Shown here: in pieces, positions 59,391 to 63,916 of the stretch
Layout: each line of letters starts with the position of its first letter
How positions within the stretch are numbered: the stretch's first letter is position 1
Origin: an uncultured Elusimicrobia bacterium
GTDB lineage: Bacteria; RUG730
Direction: 5' to 3'
Assembly: GCA_900321865.1 (NCBI GenBank)
Contig: ONXP01000003.1
Span: 1 to 63,916 of the forward strand
Length of the DNA: 63,916 nt
The notes under the pieces: generated by a model
The model's input: only the letters and a program-made list of their open reading frames with translations
What the model was told of the DNA's origin: nothing
The model's database searches: none
Position numbers and translations under genes: made by a program

Positions 59391-60578
59391 ATGCTAGATA
59401 GTGTAGAAACTGCGATAGGCGATTTAAAAAATGGAAAAATGATTATAGTCGTGGACGATGAAAATAGAGAAAACGAAGGCGATTTAATAGCATCATCAGA
59501 GCTTTTACAGCCAGAAGATATAAATTTTATGATAAAGTTTGCTAGAGGTCTTGTTTGCACTCCTATGGAAAAAGAGAGATTAGATGAGCTTTTTATTAGC
59601 CAAATGACTAATAATAATACTGACAAAAAAGGCACAGCTTTTACTATTTCAGTCGATTATAAAAATGGCACTACGACAGGAATATCCGCTTTTGATAGAT
59701 ATAAAACGATAAAAGCCTTGATAGACAAAGATTCTAAACCTTGGGATTTTACAAGGCCTGGACATATTTTTCCACTAGAGGCTAAAAAATATGGAGTTTT
59801 AGAGCGCCCGGGGCATACTGAGGCTACCATTGATCTAATGAAATTTGCAGGACTTTATCCAGCTGGGGTGATTTGTGAAATCATAAAGGATAATGGAGAG
59901 ATGTCAAGGTTTGACGATTTGGCAAAATTTAAAGAAAAATATAGCCTAAAAATGATTTCAGTTTTAGATCTAATCAAATATAAACAAAAACGAGTTAATT
60001 TTATTGAAAAAGTTTCTATGGCGACCTTGCCTACAAGTTTTGGAGAATTTAAAATAATCGTTTTCAAAAATTTAATAGACCAAAAAGAGCATGTAGCACT
60101 ATTAAAAGAACCTTTTGATACAAATTTTGGAGTTTTAACCAGGATTCATTCGTCGTGCTTTACTGGGGATTTATTGGGATCTAAGAGATGTGATTGCAGG
60201 GAGCAATTATATAAATCTCTGGAATTGATAAATAAAAATGGTGGGGTTTTATTATATCTAAATCAGGAAGGCCGTGGGATAGGGCTAGGAAATAAAATAA
60301 AAGCATATAAATTGCAAGAAGAAGGCTTTGATACAGTAGATGCAAATATAAAATTAGGCTTTAAAGATGACCTAAGGGATTATTCTGTGGCAGCTAAAAT
60401 GCTAGAAAATTTAAATATTAAAAAAATTAGACTTTTAACCAATAATCCTAAAAAAGTTTCTGGTTTAAAGGAATATGGAATAGAAATTTTGGAAAGAGTT
60501 CCTTTGATAATAAAATCAAACAATTTTAATGAAAAATATTTAAATACAAAAAAAGAGCGAATGGGACATATTTTTTAA
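59391..60578 (+). CDS. ribBA: Bifunctional DHBP synthase / GTP cyclohydrolase II
   Basis: RibB ENEGDLI and RPGHTEA motifs. RibA CDCREQL zinc site and GRGIGL. Confidence 0.95.
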   Translation: MLDSVETAIGDLKNGKMIIVVDDENRENEGDLIASSELLQPEDINFMIKFARGLVCTPMEKERLDELFISQMTNNNTDKKGTAFTISVDYKNGTTTGISAFDRYKTIKALIDKDSKPWDFTRPGHIFPLEAKKYGVLERPGHTEATIDLMKFAGLYPAGVICEIIKDNGEMSRFDDLAKFKEKYSLKMISVLDLIKYKQKRVNFIEKVSMATLPTSFGEFKIIVFKNLIDQKEHVALLKEPFDTNFGVLTRIHSSCFTGDLLGSKRCDCREQLYKSLELINKNGGVLLYLNQEGRGIGLGNKIKAYKLQEEGFDTVDANIKLGFKDDLRDYSVAAKMLENLNIKKIRLLTNNPKKVSGLKEYGIEILERVPLIIKSNNFNEKYLNTKKERMGHIF

Positions 60579-60580
60579 TT

Positions 60581-61489
60581 ATGAATTTTAATGATATAGT
60601 TGGCCAAGATAGAGCGATACAAATTTTAAAAAATGTCATAATTTTTGACAAAGTGTCGCAAAGCTATATTTTTTCTGGGAATGATGGAATTGGGAAGAAA
60701 TTATTGGCTAAAATCTTTGCAAAGGCATTAAATTGCCCTAATTTTTCCAAGGATTTTGAAAATTGTGAATGCATGAGTTGCAGAAAAATTGACAAAGATA
60801 TTCATCCTGACATAACCATTTTTAATACTGATAAAGCTACTATCCAACTAGATGATATAAAATCTATGCAAGATATTTTTAAATATAAAAACCACGAGGC
60901 AAAATATAGAGTTTTAATTGTTGATGGTGCAAATAAATTTACTCTGGAAGCATCCAATGCATTTTTGAAAACCTTGGAAGAGCCGCCACTAGGCACTATT
61001 ATAATTTTGATTTCTAATAATTTGGAAAAAATCCTAAAAACTATTAAATCCAGGTGCCAAATAATAGAATTTAAGAATCTTTCACCAGATGAAAAATTTT
61101 TGGTAATTGAAAAAAATTATGATTATTCTAAAGAATTGATAGAAAAAGCTTTATTCGTTTCAAATGAAAGCATAAATGATGCTATAAAATTTTTGGCAGA
61201 AAAAAATAACGAAGAAGTCTTAAAAAAATTTGACTTTTTTTTAGAAGCTTTTCAGTCGAAAAAATTAGATTTAGCCTTGGAGCAGGAATTAGAAAGCATA
61301 TCTAGTGCAAAACAAAAAGATCTTTTTTCAAAAATGTTAGATTATCTGATAAACATTCATTCCAAAAATTCATTAAAAAACCAAAAAGCTTTAATTTTAT
61401 TAAAAAGAGCGAAAAAATATTTTAACCAAAATGTTAATCCTAAACTCATTTGGAGCTGGCTTTTTTTGGGTAATATGTTGGAGAAATAA
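60581..61489 (+). CDS. holB: DNA polymerase III delta' subunit
   Basis: 302 aa; P-loop-like GNDGIGKK, zinc module CPNFSKDFENCECMSC, SRCQ motif. Confidence 0.8.
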   Translation: MNFNDIVGQDRAIQILKNVIIFDKVSQSYIFSGNDGIGKKLLAKIFAKALNCPNFSKDFENCECMSCRKIDKDIHPDITIFNTDKATIQLDDIKSMQDIFKYKNHEAKYRVLIVDGANKFTLEASNAFLKTLEEPPLGTIIILISNNLEKILKTIKSRCQIIEFKNLSPDEKFLVIEKNYDYSKELIEKALFVSNESINDAIKFLAEKNNEEVLKKFDFFLEAFQSKKLDLALEQELESISSAKQKDLFSKMLDYLINIHSKNSLKNQKALILLKRAKKYFNQNVNPKLIWSWLFLGNMLEK

Positions 61490-62218
61490 ATGATTAGTAT
61501 AAAAATGCGAGCAGAAAAAGATAAAAAACATATATCCGGAGCAGAAAAAATAATAGATGAAAACGATTTGGAAAAAAATGTTTTAAAATTAATTGATAGG
61601 GCGAGATTCCATGAAAAAGGCGAGCCAAACTTTATAAATATAAAAATTGAAAAAATTAGAGAAAGTGAAATTTTATATATTCCAATTTTAAATATTAAAT
61701 CTAAAAAAGTTTTGTTTATGGAAGAAGGACATATTTTAGCAAAAGAAGAATTAAAAAAATCTGGAGTGGGAGAGAATGCTATAGAGAATGCTTTTAATAT
61801 GCTAAGTTCTCTAAAACAAAGTATGAGAGGAGCGATAGTTTTGGGAGCAAATACTGGAAAAAGATTAGATAATTTTTTGGATAGAGGGCTAAGGGCAACC
61901 AAAATGGATGCAGAAGATTTTGAAAAATATAAAGATTTTTTAGATTCTAAAAAAATTTCTGGAGAACATGCTATGGAAGCCATAATTTTGGCATCAAAAG
62001 TTGCTTTTTATAAGGATGCAGTAGCTGAGCTTTGTTATTCTGATGATCCTAGCTATCTTGCTGGCTATGTCGCTAATAAAAATGACTATATTAGAATAAA
62101 TATAATGAAAAATTTTGGCTCTGAAATAGGCGGAAGGGTTTTTTTTGTAAAAGATGACATTTTTTTAGATGATTATATTAATTATATTGAAAAACAAGCA
62201 GTTTTAGTTAGACTATGA
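61490..62218 (+). CDS. bioW: 6-carboxyhexanoate--CoA ligase (pimeloyl-CoA synthetase)
   Basis: IKMRAEKDKKHISGAEKII aligns to B. subtilis BioW VRMRA...GKHISGGERL. ELCYSDDPSYLAGYVANK aligns to ELCWSDDPDYITGYVAGK. GGRVFFV is also shared. Confidence 0.85.
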   Translation: MISIKMRAEKDKKHISGAEKIIDENDLEKNVLKLIDRARFHEKGEPNFINIKIEKIRESEILYIPILNIKSKKVLFMEEGHILAKEELKKSGVGENAIENAFNMLSSLKQSMRGAIVLGANTGKRLDNFLDRGLRATKMDAEDFEKYKDFLDSKKISGEHAMEAIILASKVAFYKDAVAELCYSDDPSYLAGYVANKNDYIRINIMKNFGSEIGGRVFFVKDDIFLDDYINYIEKQAVLVRL

Positions 62219-63384
62219 AAATCAGTGAAATTGATAATTTTTTAGAAAAAGCTAAAACAAATAATATTTATAGAAAAATTAATTCTTATCAAAATATTTC
62301 GTCTACTAAATCTATTGATAAATTTGGAAATATTTATACATGCTTTTCGTCAAATAATTATTTAGGGCTTTCTCATAATGAAGAAACTATCCGAAAAGTT
62401 AAATTAGTTTTAAAATTTGGACTAGGATCTACTGGCTCTAGATTAGTGAGCGGGGCGGGATTTTTTTCAGAAAAGTTAGAAAATAAATTAAAAGATTTTA
62501 AACAAAAAGAAAAAGTTTTAGTTTTTAATACCGGATATATGACAAATCTTGGCACAATTTATGCTCTTTGTGATAAAAATGACATAATTTTTTCAGATGA
62601 ATTAAACCACGCCAGCATTATAGATGGTTGTAAAATTTCTGGAGCAAAAATTATAATTTATAAACATTTAGATATGCTAGATTTGGAACAAAAATTAGAA
62701 GAAAATAAAAATTTTCAAGGTCAAAAATTTATCATAACTGATGCTGTTTTTAGTATGGATGGCGATATTATAGATTTACCAAGTTTAATAAAATTAAAAA
62801 AAAATTTTGATGCCTTTTTAATCGTGGACGAAGCACATTCCTTTGGAACTATTGGAGAAACTGGAAAAGGGATCACTGAATATTTTAAACTTTTTGATAT
62901 AGATGTTATAATCGGAACTTTGAGCAAGGCTGTTGGGTCTTTGGGAGGATATGTAGCATCTAGTAAAAAAATAATAGATTTTTTGATAAATAAGTCTAGA
63001 AGTTTTATCTTTTCAACCAGTTTACCGGATTTTTTAACAGCATCTAGTTTGGAAAATATTAAATTGATAGAAAAATACGGGAAAGAATTTCACGAGGAAT
63101 TAAATTATAAATCAAATTTTATGAAAAAGCTTTTATTAGAAAATGATATTAATATTGCCAAAAATGACACTCCCATTATTCCAATCATTGTAAAGGATCC
63201 TAAAAAAGCTTTATTTATCCAGGAAGAAGCAAAGAAACAAAATATTTTACTTTCTGCCATAAGACCACCATCTGTAGAAAAAGATAAATCTAGAATTAGG
63301 TTAAATATAATTAGAACTCATAGCATAGAAGAAATAAAGCATTGTGGAAAGTTTTTGGTTGATATTTTGAAGAAAGTTAAATAA
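62215..63384 (+). CDS. bioF: 8-amino-7-oxononanoate synthase
   Basis: PLP fold; DEAHSFG; TLSKAVGSLGGYVASS (Lys). Confidence 0.9.
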   Translation: MKISEIDNFLEKAKTNNIYRKINSYQNISSTKSIDKFGNIYTCFSSNNYLGLSHNEETIRKVKLVLKFGLGSTGSRLVSGAGFFSEKLENKLKDFKQKEKVLVFNTGYMTNLGTIYALCDKNDIIFSDELNHASIIDGCKISGAKIIIYKHLDMLDLEQKLEENKNFQGQKFIITDAVFSMDGDIIDLPSLIKLKKNFDAFLIVDEAHSFGTIGETGKGITEYFKLFDIDVIIGTLSKAVGSLGGYVASSKKIIDFLINKSRSFIFSTSLPDFLTASSLENIKLIEKYGKEFHEELNYKSNFMKKLLLENDINIAKNDTPIIPIIVKDPKKALFIQEEAKKQNILLSAIRPPSVEKDKSRIRLNIIRTHSIEEIKHCGKFLVDILKKVK

Positions 63385-63414
63385 AAAAATTAAAATTTTT
63401 AGAGGAAATTTAAT

Positions 63415-63916
63415 TTGGGAAAAGGAATTTTTATAGTAGGGACTTCGACGGATGTTGGGAAAACTTATGTTTCTGGGCTTTTAACGAAATATTTTTTTGA
63501 TTTAGGGTATAAATCCGTTTATTATAAGGCTGCTATGAGTGGAAACAAAAAAGAAAATGGGGTGATTTTACCTGGAGATGGGATAAAAGTTAAAAATATT
63601 TCAAATATTTTGCAAAATATAGAATCGATGTGTCCTTTTGTTTATGAGAAAGCCTATTCTCCGCATTTAGCAGCCATTGTAGAAAAAAAGCCTGTAAAGT
63701 TTGATAAGATTAAAAAAAATTTTTTAAGTCTTGCTAAAAAAAGCGATTTTTTGACTATGGAAGGCTCAGGCGGAATAATTTGCCCAATAAATATAGATGA
63801 GAATTTTTTTTTATTTGATATAATAAAGGCATTAGATTTGCCTTGCATAATAGTTTCTGATTTAGAGCTGGGATCTATAAATTCAGCTTGCTTGACTTAT
63901 TTTTTTATGAAAGAAA
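63415..63916 (+). CDS. bioD: Dethiobiotin synthetase (TTG start; 3' end beyond window)
   Basis: LGKGIFIVGTSTDVGKT (P-loop), TMEGSGGIICP; AGAGGA RBS at 63401-63406. Confidence 0.8.
   Translation, partial: MGKGIFIVGTSTDVGKTYVSGLLTKYFFDLGYKSVYYKAAMSGNKKENGVILPGDGIKVKNISNILQNIESMCPFVYEKAYSPHLAAIVEKKPVKFDKIKKNFLSLAKKSDFLTMEGSGGIICPINIDENFFLFDIIKALDLPCIIVSDLELGSINSACLTYFFMKE

Overview
This window is extremely AT-rich, judged qualitatively at roughly a quarter GC, with dense coding and frequent 1-4 nt gene overlaps. It looks like bacterial chromosome from a diderm organism: lgt, SurA-like PPIases, an LPS-type GT2 and a candidate outer-membrane protein are present, and the code is standard with many TTG/GTG starts. 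I could not resolve the lineage from sequence alone.

The conserved backbone includes:
- icd, pgk and the rpsB-tsf-pyrH-frr operon;
- aspS, groES-groEL with a CIRCE operator, murD, murF, ddl, mfd, mgtE, thrS, fabH and rnhA;
- RNase P RNA (rnpB), cysE, lgt, rluD, cmoA and the valS-rlmH-proB-ispA operon;
- ribBA, holB and bioW-bioF-bioD (bioD runs off the window end).

Two regions look accessory:
- **27.46-33.67 kb.** An island sits between murF and fldA/ddl. It carries a type II R-M pair (HNH endonuclease plus an amino-methyltransferase with an unusual HPPY motif) and a 1262-aa protein. That protein has an N-terminal SIR2 (DSR2/ThsA-like NADase) domain with the catalytic N and H intact, and ~960 aa of unassignable alpha-helical sequence. 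It also carries an in-frame 168-bp tandem duplication. This is the best candidate for an under-described anti-phage system.
- **1-5.9 kb.** This stretch holds a partial AAA_21/ABC-type ATPase running off the window, TatA, and a NapH-like polyferredoxin split by a frameshift in an A8/T8 tract. It also holds a decayed R-M locus: a PD-ExK plus motif-X N-terminus truncated before the MTase core, an HsdS-like half, and an orphan ORF with a DPKx3 9-bp repeat.

One core-region cluster is also notable. The rpsB operon continues straight into a dedicated ACP lipid/PKS-like cluster: AcpS, FabZ-like, ACP, a degenerate SDR, FabG and a 745-aa KS-KSbeta fusion.

I found no tRNA, rRNA, CRISPR array, integrase or transposase.
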